DNA from: Octopus sinensis
Taxonomy: Eukaryota
Direction of reading: 5' to 3'
Length of the DNA: 64,000 nucleotides
Assembly (NCBI RefSeq): GCF_006345805.1
Contig: NC_043006.1
Location: forward strand, 81,406,001-81,470,000
A program made the position numbers and the translations under genes. The notes below the pieces were generated by a model that was given only the letters and a program-made list of their open reading frames with translations, did not search any database and was not told the origin of the DNA. Shown here in pieces: positions 28,116 to 41,786 of the stretch. The stretch's first letter is position 1, and the number at the start of each line of letters is the position of its first letter.

Positions 28116-30095
28116 CTAGCAGAAACACCCGTCATTGACTGGGTTGAAAGGAGCTGCGAAAATTGTACTATGAATGTTGAAAGTCATTCAATTAGATGGT
28201 ATGGAACATATATAAAAAATGGTCGTTAGCTTTCCTGTAGAAGATAGAGCTGTTTTCTTTTGGCCAATATTATCAGGGATGCATGTAGACTTCTGATCTA
28301 TGATTTATAGCATTTCAGGCTATAAATGAAGCAAACATCGCACAGACTTTGGCTTATGTCTAGTACAAGATAAGTAAATAAAAGTTCAGAGAAAACTAAA
28401 AACATAGTTATACTATAATTTATTGAACTTAAGTATTACAACAAACAAAAATACAAATCGCTTTTCTAAGACGAATATAGCGTGACGTTAACATCAATTC
28501 AAAGTTATTAAACATTCTGTAAATTTAAGTTCGTTGATCCCATGGTAAAAACTTCCTTATAGACAATGTTTCGTGTTTCATCAGTAGGGGGAAAAATGAA
28601 AAGATTGTTCTTGCTCCCCACTCTGGATCTCAACATATAACTGACCGTGTGAGAAACAGTCCTCTGCTAATTGCAAACCAGTAACTTTCAAAGTATGACC
28701 TTGGGACTTATTAATAGACATCGCAAAAGACAGTGGTATTAGAAATTGAAGTCATTTGAGCTCGAAAGGCATATTGGAAGGTATTAAAGCTTAATTCGGA
28801 ATAAAAACATCTTCACCTTTGCCACAGCCAGAAATTATTGTGGCCTTTATGACGTTTCTCATTAATTTCTTGACAACAAGTCTTGTGCCATTGCACAGCT
28901 TTGAGTTGAGAAAGATTGCGCAGAAACGTGATTGGAGCGCCTGGCAGAACCGTTAGCACGCCGGGCGAAATGCGTAGCCGTATTTCGTCTGCCGTTACGT
29001 TCTGAGTTCAAATTCCGCCGAGGTCGACTTTGCCTTTCATCATTTCGGGGTCGATAAATCAAGTACCAATTACGCACTTGGGTCGATGTAATCGACTTAA
29101 TTCGTTTGTTTGTCCCCTCGATGTTTAGCCCGTTGTGGGTAATAAAGAAACATATTTTCAACAGAAGGCAATGAGGAAAAGCTCCTGGTGGCTGAAGTGA
29201 GTTTAAGGGCTCAACCGTGTAATTGACTATTTCCGATTCATCGACAACTGAGTCCTGGTAAAAGTTTTTCGAGCCTTTCATTTAAATTATTCACAGTAAC
29301 GTTCTTTGGTTCCATGATTTCTCTTTCGCACAGCCAAGCAGCATTTGTGTAATTTGAAATTATACTTGGAAAAACTATTTGAATAAGTTCCTCAACCGAG
29401 CTAAACAAGGTGCAGATATTTTTATGGATTCAAGTCACCTTCATGATTGATATCCAGCCTTCCTTCTCCAAGTCGTAAAATAGTATGGGAAATTGTTTCG
29501 ACAGAAGATGACCATGCAAATGTGCCTCCCTATTTGTAGACAGATTTAACACTTTGATATGTTTCCATAAAATAGAAGATTTCAAGCATGTTTTTAATTC
29601 TGGCAAAGTTTGTCTGAAATCTCCTGAAAATGTTACTTTCACACCTCGCATCTGGAAGTGCGCAAATCTTGCAGCATTCTGTTAACGGCTTCTACTGATC
29701 TTTTATGTAACGTTGCAGCTTCGTCCCATTTATCAAAGAACATTTCATGACAACTTGAGCTAAGGAAGAACTTTTACTAATATTGCAGACAGGTTCACCG
29801 TTTGAAGTTAGATTGAATGGCAGCTTAAATATTGCGTGAGCTGTTTGACCTCCTGGGAGTAAAGTCGCAGCATTTCCAGAGCGCGCTACAGCTAGGGCTA
29901 TTTCCTTCTTCTGTCATACTTTGGCTAGCACTAAATTTGTAACAAAAGTTTTTCCAATTCCTCCTCGTGCGTCTAAAAAGTATAACCCTCTCTTATGTGT
30001 TACTCGGTCAATGATTGTTGTAAATGCAAGTTGTTCTTCTCGCAAAAGTTTCGGGTCATTTCTTTCCAGGAATCTTGTTAATAAATCAATATCAT
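28116..30095 (-). mobile_element. Helitron 3' part: decayed Pif1-like helicase and 3' terminus
   Basis: YFLDARGGIGKTFV (motif I), [70 protein letters not shown]. Terminal hairpin CCC-A-GTC-AAT-GAC-GGG then CTAG|T at 28116. Confidence 0.92.
28935..29150 (+). mobile_element. SINE family A inserted inside the Helitron helicase region
   Basis: Family A sequence interrupting the helicase homology in the opposite orientation. Confidence 0.88.
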
Positions 30096-30318
30096 ATGAC
30101 CTCTCTCTCACTCCCTCTTTTTCTCTCTCTCTCTTTCTCATTTTCTCTCTTTCTCTCTCTTGTATCTCTCTAGCTGTCCATCTTTCTATCTGCTGTCTAT
30201 CTATCTATCTCTAAATCGATTGATCGATCCTCCAAACGATGTATGTATGAATTTAGCTACATACATCTCATATATTTATGATTCAATCCAACAGTCCATG
30301 TACATATCTACCAATGTG

Positions 30319-30375
<57 letters not shown>

Positions 30376-30397
30376 CTATCTATCTATCTATCTATCT

Positions 30398-30445
<48 letters not shown>

Positions 30446-30903
30446 GAAATATGTTACGAAAAGAAAATATAAAATACACGTGAAAATGTATGGGTAATAT
30501 GAAAAATCAACGAAAATGCATATTTCAAATAGAAAAAGGCTATTTATGACAGGTAACGACAAATATATACATTTAGATTGACTGAGGTAGTAATACGAGT
30601 CATAAAAGTCATTATTATGAGATGATTATAAGATGATAATAAAGTAAGAGAACAAAACGAACCAATAGTTTACGCAAAGCTATTCATCGTTTGAACAACA
30701 CCGGTTAATATACGGTGTCAGGTCTAATAGTTCCTGATAAAAAAGATTATTTGTAAGGGAGGTAAGTAGTTCTGGATTATTTGTAAGGGAGGTAAGTAGT
30801 TCTGGATTTAGAGATGTGAGTGTTGTAGGAAGTGTATAGGGTTTAGTGATTTCAATTGAAGAGTTAGTAGTATCCTGTTGATGAAAAATGCCTCTTTATT
30901 CAA

Positions 30904-30961
<58 letters not shown>

Positions 30962-30966
30962 ATATA

Positions 30967-31047
<81 letters not shown>

Positions 31048-31115
31048 ATATATATATATGTATGTATATATATATATATGTATATATATATGTATGTATA
31101 TATATATGTATGTAT

Positions 31116-31165
<50 letters not shown>

Positions 31166-32013
31166 TATAGATATATATATATATGCATATATATATATAT
31201 ATGGATTTACTGAAATTAGTTCCATTATAATTAAGAATCCTAAACTTTTTTCCTTGCACACTGCACAGTAATGTTGTATCATTATTTCACTGAAAACTTT
31301 GGCTCATCGTGAAAGAGATAATTCTTTTGAGTAAATTGTATAAAATGAAACTTTCCCCCCACGTCATCGCAATCCATCATTTGGTTTTGAAAGCTGTAAT
31401 AATACGAGAAATGCGTATTATCTTTAACATTACACTATTTTAGAATGTGTCTTTCAAATCCAAAATACTACTATTTCTATATGCCATAAAAAACCTGACT
31501 TATTTGTCCTTTTCTTCGGATTAAATTCAACGGAAGAAAGTGTTTAATATCCCTTCATGCAACGTTCGGCTAATGCTGTGGTGTATCATAAATACCTCCA
31601 AGAATTTGTCCATAATTTCTTTGGTGGGGGGTGTATTCATATCGATATATTTCTTCATTTCACATGAAATATTTAAGAACTCATGTCATCACCGCCCGTA
31701 TAAAGCAATATTCTCGTATTTATGAATATGCTAAAAGAAATCGGTAACCGTTCTTTCATTCCACATTGCAAGTCATTTCATTTTGTTGTCGGAAAAGCAA
31801 AAGCTATAAACGCCAAAACACAACGTTCTTAATTCCCATGAGACCCTGAAGCAAGTGAATAGAAAATAGTATTCTCAATATTATTATTCTCATCTCCGAA
31901 GGCGTCTGACAGAAACGCCTTTCAGTATTCAGCTGCGTTGTCCACCATTGAATACACCAGAAGTAAATTTCACTTTATCATCTTTGGAATACAGTGATTA
32001 AATTAAATTTACC

Positions 32014-32386
32014 ATGGTTGTGTGGTAAGGAGCTTGTTTCCCAATCATATGGCTCCTAGTTCAGTCCTACGGCATGGCACTTAGGGCAAATGTCTTCTAC
32101 TATAGCCCCGGAGAGACCAAACCCTTGTAAGCGGAAACTGAAAGAAGCCCGTCGTATACAAATATGTATATGTATATGTTTGTGTGTCTATGTTTATCCT
32201 CCACCATCATTTGACCACCGATGTTGGCGTATTTATGTCCCCGTAAATTAGCGGTTCGTCAAAATAGACCGATAGAATAAGTTCTAGGTTTACAAAAATA
32301 AGTCCTGGGGCCGAGTTGTTCTACTTAAGGCGGTGCTCCAGCATGGTCGCAATCGAATGACTGAAACAAGTAAAATAATGAAAGAA
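32014..32386 (+). mobile_element. SINE family B, diverged
   Basis: GTTGTGTGGTAAG...GGGCAAATGTCTTCTACTATAGC...GGCGGTGCTCCAGCATGG...GACTGAAACAAG. Confidence 0.85.
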
Positions 32387-33339
32387 TATATATAAAATAA
32401 AAGAATATATATGTGGAATGAAGTTTTACAAATCCAATCATATTTGTCAAAAATGGAGGAGATAAGATGTTAGAAGTTTGTAAGAAGTTTATACATGCGC
32501 ACAATTGTTTCGTACATAGATATAAATTTATATTTGAAACTGGAAATTATCATAGTACTCATCAGTGCAGACACAAAATAATATTAGGAACTTTAAAAAG
32601 AGAGCAGAGAAGTTGGATCTATGAGTTTCGTGTTTATCTGTTTCTATCTATGTGTGATAGTGATGGGAGTCGTGTCAATTATTAAACCACAACTAACAGA
32701 TGCACGGTTAGGGGATGATATAAATATAGAGACATCGATAACACACTCTCTATGGATTAGTATAGATTTGCTAATTAAATCTCCATGTATGCAGCATAGG
32801 GCTAGTACTTTAGAGAAATGTCCAATGAGAAAACGTTACCTAATGTAAATTAAACCTAACCGTTAAAAATAATACTTGGTATACTTTTGTAAGATAAGAT
32901 AAACAGATGAAATTATGTCTGTAAAGCTTATACTAGAAAGTTTATGAAAATATAGGGGAGGGAGATGAATTAAGAAGAATAAAGTGGACGTGGGTTAAGA
33001 ACTCTTGTTTACTCAAGGTACGTACTAAGGTAACATGGCAGTATAATAAAGGAGTAAGTGAGGAAAAGTGGTAATTCAAATGGAAATATAACGATTAAGG
33101 TAGCATTATAATTACGAAGTGTATTGTTAAGAATAGAGATAAGAGAACATTTAGATGTAGTAACAAGAGAAATATAGAAGCGATAAAGTAATAAATTAGA
33201 GAAGGTGAAAAGGAAACGAAAATTTACTTGTGTAGAGGAGATAAAAAGAAGAAATAATAATAATAATTGATAAAATATGGGATGTTATGATAGAAGTGAA
33301 TGTTAAAAATAAAAGAGAGATTAATGATAAAGTGATATA

Positions 33340-33971
33340 ATGATGCCCGATATAGTGATGGATCAGGTCTTGAATGACAACGGAGGGATTCCATATGTTT
33401 CTTTTAAAAATAACGTCTTTCCTGTCGAATGACGTCATTTGGAAGAGGCAGTTGTACTGTCCGATGTCTTTCTGAATTCTGTTAGAAAATGGTCATCAAT
33501 GTTGTATAAATGGATAATTTCATTTGGTAGAGGCTGTAAATTGCCAATACAAAATGTTCCCTTCAAGCACCAGAAATTTGCAGTTTCACCATGGAATAAG
33601 AATGCACGACAGTAAGAGCATATTTTATTCATCACACCTACATCAGCTGAAAGAGTGGATCCATTTCCTCCAATTGTTCCCTCCATCCTTGTTTCTTTCC
33701 TCACCCTGTTGTTTAAGAGCCGTGCAGCCCCCATCTCAGGCGTTTCTGCAAATCTTCTGGTATTTGTTCTTTGTCTCACATCCTGGGGACGTGCATTGCC
33801 ATCTTCTTCAGTCTCTCCTTACTTCCTTCTTTGTTGCGTGACTCTGTTATCCTGCAGTCGTTCTGCCGTCATTTCCGCTGTTTCCTGTTGTCTCCTTGAC
33901 CTTGCTTCACCCCGACGCCTTCTGGCATCCTCTCTTGGCCACGACAATCTCCGTCTCTTTCTACGTGACAT
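33340..33971 (-). pseudogene. Helitron RepHel N-terminal fragment (charged repeats, Cys-rich motif, start of Helitron-like N domain)
   Basis: ATG at 33971: MSRRKRRR...ETAEMTAERL...ETEEDGNAR...VGVMNKICSYCRAFLFHGETANFWCLKG...LQPLP...HFL, then after a frameshift FQMTSF...HYIG. Confidence 0.85.
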
Positions 33972-35214
33972 AATTAATCAGTGTTTACTTTTGTACGTAA
34001 TGGTGTATTAAGAAAATTAAATCAAAACAACAAAGGGATTACAAATGAATAAAATAGAATAAAATCCGAAATGATGAAACTATAAGAAATCTCAGCAAAA
34101 AGATATTTCTCTATATCAGTGTGTGTGTACGTGAAAAATTCGACTTCTTTTTATTTTCTTAGAGAGTTACAAAATGTAAACATTCGTGCCGGAAGTTGAC
34201 TCATTTAATGTTAGAAAAATAAGAGCTTAAATCTAATGAACATTTAATAAAATCTAATCATAAGCAAGTGAAATTATGCTAAATACAACTAAATTGAAAA
34301 CCTTTTCCCCCTGGCCATATCGGAAATTCTGAAAGTTTTTGTGTGCGAATTTTACATGAGTAGAAGCTTTTTTTAACATTTTTTATCCTGAAAATCACCT
34401 GTTTCTTTTGTTTTAAAGTGGAAGATGTACAAACGTGTATATGAAATGGACGTGTGTGTGTGTAAGAGAGAGAGTGAGAGAGTGCCATTTACACATACAT
34501 GAGAACACACACGTTTACTCACTCACTCTCTCTCTCACACGCACACACATGCATACCTACATACAAAAAAGATGTGCACATATGTATTGATGTATGTATG
34601 TATACATGACAATACACCCATTCACTCACTCTCATTCTCTCTTTCTCACTTTCTCTCTCTTCTCTCTCTTCTCTCTCTGTCCCCTCTCTCTCTCTCTCTC
34701 TCTTCGTCACTCTCTCTTTAACTGTCTCTCTCTCTCTTTCACACACACGTCCATTTCATATACATGTACATACATCTTTCTCCTCTCTTTCACTTTATCA
34801 CATAAATAAATAAATTTTTACGGAAATTAACGAACTCCAGATGATGAAATCACATTCAGTTAAAAATATTTCTAAATGATTAGAATAGTGTGTACGTCAG
34901 AAAGCTGATGTTTTGTCTTTTTTTCTCAGAGAGCAACAATACTATGTGTGTGCATATGTCACGAATAGTGAAAGTATGTTTGTGTTGGCCCCCATGACAT
35001 TCATTATATGTGGGTGTATTTTGTATGTGTATTGACGTCACGGAAACCAGGTTTTTTTTTCGTCAAGAAATAACAAACAAAAATTGTGTATAATCGTTTA
35101 AGCAGAGGTCCGAATACCACAAACATTTGTACTGCATTACCGAAAGTAAGATCGAAAATAGATATGCAAATAAAATTAAGATAAAATATACTATCTCTGA
35201 GATATTTCGGGTGC

Positions 35215-35249
35215 ACACAAACATCTCTAGAGTTTTGGTAGTATTGAGA
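35215..35249 (-). mobile_element. Candidate Helitron 5' terminus
   Basis: The minus strand reads A|TCTCAATACTACCAAAACTCTAGAGATGTTTGTGTG. It follows the A|TC rule and lies 1.3 kb upstream of the RepHel ATG in the same orientation. Confidence 0.5.
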
Positions 35250-35728
35250 TATATATAAATCCATATTGTGGGAATGGAGCGAGTAAAATCCTAGCAAGTA
35301 AAATCTTATTACTCAACGAGGGGTACACCACTAGCTACTCATCAGGCCGACGATGCCTTAGCTAAATTATGGTTACACTGTCGTTAAGGAATCGCACGTA
35401 AACTCACCAGAGATATGATTTAATATGTAGCCTGGGTTTTACTCGTTCCATTGCCATAACTTGGATTTTTATTCGCATTCATAGAAACCGTAGCTGCAAA
35501 CCGGTAACTATAAAAAACTTTTTCAGTTTATCGAACTCCGATATGGGAAAAAGCTACAACCTTCTACGTCAATAAATTATTATTATTCCTGAAAGTTGTT
35601 TTTTATACCTACCACGAACTATTCGAAGCTTACTAACTTCTTGCACCTAAATCCTTGTGTTTTATAATCACTCATTATATATGTATGATATCAGCAATGT
35701 AAATATGTTGTGTGTATATGTATATATG

Positions 35729-35965
35729 ACAGTGACCGACCAGTCTATCAGATGTTGCTACACATCGCTGGTCACAATGCGCTTCGCATTGTTTTAGCTT
35801 TCAAATGACGCCACCCCACTGGCTAATCGAGCAGGCCAGTAGAGGAAAGTGTGAGAGAAAGTTGTGGCGAAAGAGTACAGCAGGGATCGCCACCACACCC
35901 TGCCGGAGCCTCGTGGAGCTACAGGTGTTTTTGTTCAATAAACACTCACAACGCCCGGGTCCGAT
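35729..35965 (-). mobile_element. SINE family C, tail type a, head lost
   Basis: Closely matches 17551-17800. Confidence 0.85.
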
Positions 35966-35966
35966 G

Positions 35967-36016
<50 letters not shown>

Positions 36017-36036
36017 TGTGTGTGTGTGTGTGTGTG

Positions 36037-36082
<46 letters not shown>

Positions 36083-36484
36083 ACCCGGTAGGCCACACTG
36101 ACGGGGCTCAGGGTTTAAATACCCAAATGCCGAAACCTAGTTTGTGGATATCCCTATTTGCATGATATTTTTATTTGTGCTGTTCAATGTTTTAATTCTT
36201 TCTATTTTCCTCGCATACTGTTTTCCTCTGTTATCTTGGTGCGGTGCGGTGGATAAACTTAAGACTTTAGCTCTTATTTCTAGCAGGTGGATGCTTGTTA
36301 AGCTTCCTTACGCTTCGTGCAAATTTATAATTCATAGCTATTTAATGCTATTGCGCCTACGAACTACCTATGTCACTGCTGGTGATATCATCAATTTTAA
36401 AATTTATCCACAGATGATATGAACAGTAGTTACATCTAATTTCAAATGGCAGTGTTTGAATGTTTTGCCTATATATATATATAC

Positions 36485-36531
<47 letters not shown>

Positions 36532-36676
36532 CACATATATATATATATATATATACATATATATAGATAGATAGATATACATATAGATACATATATATAC
36601 ATATATATACGGGAAACTGGACAAACGAAAGATGGCCCATGTATGGATTATAAATCTTTGATCCATATTTGTATAT

Positions 36677-36747
<71 letters not shown>

Positions 36748-37440
36748 TATATATACTATTCTATACTATACTGTAGTGCATTATACTATACTAGACAAAA
36801 CTATACTATACTGTACTATTTTATATTACACACACATATTGTGTATTATTTCATATATCATCTACCTGGCTTGAAATAGGCATACTGCGGCCCTTATGAA
36901 TAGTGTGCACTGATTTCTGTTGTATTTAACGAATATTTATAAATACAACTCCATTTACTACATTTATGTTATACTCTCCATTGCAGGGCACTTTTATTTG
37001 GCCTATCTACTTTGGGGAATATTTCTCCGAAACAAACGTAATTTCGACTTCGTTTGGAACTCCTCGTTCTGCTCTAAATAATTGGTTTTCCGACTGATGT
37101 AGCAGATAATGGTGAATCTAGCTTTGCATGCATCACTCGTGCTGAAGCATAATTAAGCCACAGGGGAAGGAAATATATTGACCCAATATTAGCATCTCAA
37201 GAGAAATTTGTTTTGATTACTTTTGAATAGCGATGTTAATACCTAGGAGGAAGAAATCCATGAACTCTGTATCATCTCAAATCCTAATAAGGATTTTCGT
37301 TTTAATTCGTTATATTTTGCATATGAACCTGATGTGTTACGGGAGCTGCCACGACCTCCGATCCACCCCCGCCTTATAAATGCAATTCTCGAGTAAGCAG
37401 TTTCCCTTCATTCTTCATAATTCAGATATGGTAACTGTTG

Positions 37441-37828
37441 TGGAGGCGCGATGGCCCAGTGGTAAGGGCAGCGGACTCGCGGTCGTAGGATCGCGGTTTC
37501 GATTCCCAGACCGGGCGTTGTGAGTGTTTATTGAGCGAAAACACTTAAAGCTCCATGAGGCTCTGGCAGGGATGGTAGTGATCCCTGCTGTACTCTTTCA
37601 CCACAACTTTCTCTCACTCTTACTTCCTGTTTCTGTTGTACCTGTATATCAAAGGGCCGGCCTTGTCACTCTCTGTGTCACGCTGAATATCCCCGAGAAC
37701 TACGTTAAGGGTACACGTGTCTGTGGAATGCTCAGCCACTTACACGTTAATTTCACGAGCAGGCTGTTCCTTTGATCGGATCAACCGGAACCTTCGTCGT
37801 CGTAACCGACGGAGTGCTTCCATCCACA
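37441..37828 (+). mobile_element. SINE family C head with tail type c
   Basis: Head shared with the 17551-17862 copy but the 3' half differs. 8-bp TSD TAACTGTT (37432-37439, 37829-37836). Confidence 0.85.
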
Positions 37829-38204
37829 TAACTGTTACTCAGTATCTCTATTGCTAACGGTGGAAGTTCGACACTTTCAATGGTCACAAGGTCACAGTAA
37901 GTGTTCATAGTATTATAGCTCCATAAACCTCTGGTTAATGCGAGGAAGCCTCTACATGGTCACCCAATCTGCTAGAAACAGCAACCAAATGACATTCAAA
38001 TCAGACCAATTTTTTTTTCTTGATGACACATATAATATTGTAGTCTAAATGTATAATGTGTGGTCACAGTTGCAGTGCTTTTGTTCATAAATCTATACAT
38101 TAAGACCAAACCAGGGATTTATATCTAAGAATAACAGCTATATTAATCACGGCAAAGCAAAAGTATCCCCAAATGAAAACAAACTATCTCAAAAGGGTGA
38201 GGGA

Positions 38205-38500
38205 CATGCTGCATATAGTTTCGGATTCAGTACCATTACGTGGCACCGTGGCAGATTGGGCAAGTGTCTTCTTTTATAGCCTCTGTGTATGTGTGTGTGT
38301 GTGTTTGTGCGTGTCTTTGTATCTCAGTTTGTCCCCCACTAACGCTTGCCAATCCTGCTAATGTGTTTACTCATCCGGCAAAACTAGCGGTTCGGGCAAA
38401 AGGATCCGAAAACTAAGTACTAGACTTCACAAATAGAGTGGTGACGTCGATATTTTCGACTAAAATTCTTCAACGACAATGCCCCAGTGTGATCGCAGTT
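38205..38500 (+). mobile_element. Degenerate SINE family B
   Basis: TTGGGCAAGTGTCTTC, TAGCGGTTCGG and AAGTACTAGACTT motifs. Confidence 0.65.
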
Positions 38501-38572
38501 AATTAAGTATGTAAAAGAACAAAAGAACGTGTGAGTATCTATGTCTGCGTGTATGTATGTGTATATATACAT

Positions 38573-38661
<89 letters not shown>

Positions 38662-38756
38662 TATAGTTATAGATAGAAAAATATATATACATGCATATAT
38701 ACATATATATATATATATACATATATACATATATATATATATACATATATACATAT

Positions 38757-38815
<59 letters not shown>

Positions 38816-38817
38816 AT

Positions 38818-39010
38818 AGTTAATCCAAACAAGAAAACAAAAACAAAAAAACAACAACGCAAGGACGTGGAACAAATAAAGTATTATTGGACGCTCAGGA
38901 AAGAAGGGAAGAAGGAGGGTTTGACGTTTCGTCGGAAACATAGGAGAAGGAAAGATCCCGAGAAGGGAAGACAGGGGAAAAAATCGCTAGTGGAACAGAC
39001 GAGGTCACAT
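38818..39010 (-). mobile_element. Penelope-like terminal-repeat relic (same family as 17880)
   Basis: Collinear with 17880-18082. The hammerhead stem II is deleted: minus strand GTTT-CCGACGAAAC-GTC-AAAC. Confidence 0.55.
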
Positions 39011-39091
39011 AATATATATATATATATATAGCAAAAGTAAGGATGAACACATGTTTATATTAAAGTTCTCACGTGCGTTGTTTTACCCTTA

Positions 39092-39159
39092 TGCTAGTTT
39101 CGCACCCTGCGATCGATGTTCGAAATGCATACAGATGCTCAAGCACAAGAGATCATCAG
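39092..39159 (-). ncRNA. Degenerate hammerhead-like motif
   Basis: Minus strand CTGATGA...GAAACTAG(C)A. U16.1 is mutated and stem I does not pair, so it is probably inactive. Confidence 0.35.
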
Positions 39160-39814
39160 GGAATAATTACTGGTATAGATATCTATAGCATAAACTATAT
39201 GTAACTGATGCAATAAAGTGTTCCCTGACGTTCTGTTTAGCTTGATCATCTATAGTCATTACATTTATCACCGGTCTCAAAACATCCATAGTGGGGAGAC
39301 GCGAGCAAGAATTTGATATAAACATGCTTTTATCCTTAATATTTGTACATTTATTGTGGGTCTTGTAACTGGTTTTGCTATTCAGTTAATATGTTAATTA
39401 ACAGCTATACAGATAGCAGACTGGATTATGGAAAATTACATGTAACTCTAAACATAACAATGGCACCCATACATCTACTTGCACCCATAATCTCTGATAC
39501 GTATGTGTGTGTTTGTGTGTGCGAGTTTGTATGTGTGCATATAATTTCCAGGATTCAAAAGAATCAGGTATTTAATAACAAAGAACCATCGTGTACAAAA
39601 AAATATTTGAGGACAAATACGTACTTACTAAAGTATACACGGATCTGTACGCCGGATGTACATATATTCACAAATGGCTGACTGAATACACAACGAATCA
39701 TAAAGATTATAAATGGGTACACTCACTACACCTATTGCACCGTCGTCTATAAACCCTAAATGCAAACGAATTGCAGGTTCCGAGTTTAAAAGATAAGCAA
39801 ATAACAGCACAGGG

Positions 39815-40047
39815 ATTGTGGTTAATTACAACTTTTTAGATGTGTTTTTTATTGATGAACAGAAGCGCTACATCATGAAAAAAAAAACTCTTTTCATCTG
39901 GGGAATACAGGTAAGAATTAAATATTTTAAACCTCTCAAGAAGAAGTACATAGTACCATATCACTCTACCGAGGCCTGACGAAAAGGATTTTTTTTTCTG
40001 TTCATCAATAAAAAAACACGTCTGAAACAGCTGTAGTGAACCACATT
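39815..40047. mobile_element. Second fold-back pair with hammerhead-like motifs
   Basis: 39815-39902 is a diverged reverse complement of 39972-40047. The plus arm has CTGACGA (39976-39982) and GAAACAGCTGTA (40024-40035). Confidence 0.6.
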
Positions 40048-41115
40048 ACATCTGTTGCTATGTATGTATGTATGTATGTATGTATGTATGTATGTATGTA
40101 TGTATGTATGTATGTATGTATGTATATGTGTGTGCCTGTGTATGTGTGTGTATGCACCGACAGATGCACGCACACAGATACACATACATACACACATGTA
40201 CACACATATGTTTTATATAATGATACAAACACCTTTGGTCATGAATATTCTACTTAATAAAAACTGACCTGGGGGTCAAGCAAATATGACATCTACATTA
40301 ATATTGAACATTTATCTCCATATTGTATTTTTAGCAAGAGGAAAATCTAAAAGTACTACGATGAATCTCATTAACGTTTGCTTATTTGCATGTATAATCA
40401 GATGATTCGGTGTAGAATTATCTGTGACTGTCATCTTTAAACTAAATTATTCATAAACTATTCTAAAACATATTTTCATAGTCAAACTCATATTGTTTTT
40501 TCCGTTGTTATTTTGAATTGCCTATCTAATTTAAAAGCAAACATAGATAAGACTGAATTGACTCCAGCATAAATCTGGCTCTTGTATGTGTATGATTGTT
40601 ATTTTGTATTGTTTTTCTTTTACTTTTTAATGTCTGTCAAAGTAGGATAGATATTGCCTCTGGTCGATTTATACACATTTTTACTCGAAAACTAAACTAA
40701 ATAAAGTACATAAACAAAGAAACCGAATGGAAGCTAAAGTTAGAATGTCGGATTCAAAGCGCTGTGGTATTGGTTCTGGCTGCAAGCTTAAATCCCATAG
40801 GGCCATCATTGTTTGTCATCCTTACGGTATCGATAATAAGGTACCTTACCTGCATTAAGTCAATACTTCTCTCATCAGTCTATCTCTTTTTATCTATCTG
40901 TCTGTCTATCTATCTTTCTTTCTTTTTTTCTTTTTTTCTTTCTATGTGTCTGTCATCTTCAGGAAATCGACTATGGTCAGAGTACGCCATGACGTATAAT
41001 ATTTTTAATGGCTTAGTAAAAAAAATGAGAGGAGAGTACTCATTAAATTTCTATGTGACCTTCAAGATCATAAGGAAAATGGGAGACAGAAGCACAATTT
41101 CTGAATTTTTCACAG

Positions 41116-41635
41116 ATCCGTGATCATACACAAACGCTTGCCATGGTGTCAAATGACGATGTGAAACGGCTGGAGAAGTGTCTAAAGGAGCATTTCAATC
41201 AACACCGTTTCGTTCACACGACTTCCTTTGTGGTCAAATCAAGGCTACGATATCGACCTTGGTTCTACATAATTGCGAACAGATTTCGTTAAGCAGCCGA
41301 CCATGATGTGGAAAATCAAGGACATTGGATAAATTTACTTGAATATAGAAAACACTTGGCATTTCAAAGAAACAAAGACCACTCTGGCAACGAGCAAGAT
41401 ATTGAAGGAGAATACATTTCTTCATTGAAGTGTATTCATTGTTTGAATGATGATGACAGCGATCGAAAGCAATATGCCAGCATGTATTATGTGAAATATA
41501 ATCAACGATCATGCACAAAGCAATATTACAATAGAAGCATATTGCTATCGAGGACAGAACATTGTAACTATTGGTCAGTTTTAAAGTTCAATTATCGTAA
41601 AATATTATCTTACCTGATCTCATTCAGTTTTCAAA
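41116..41635 (+). other. Possible disrupted coding exon, unidentified product
   Basis: One frame stays open for about 173 codons except for a single TAA (41290-41292). Preceded by TTTTTCACAG and followed by GTAAGT. No recognisable domain. Confidence 0.25.
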
Positions 41636-41752
41636 GTAAGTCGAGACTGTTATGAATTCTCATCTTAATTGGAACAATGGATATTTTAGAAATTGAAAAC
41701 AAAAAGCATGTAATGCGTAATATATTATAATATTACGTTAACTATAGATGTC

Positions 41753-41786
<34 letters not shown>

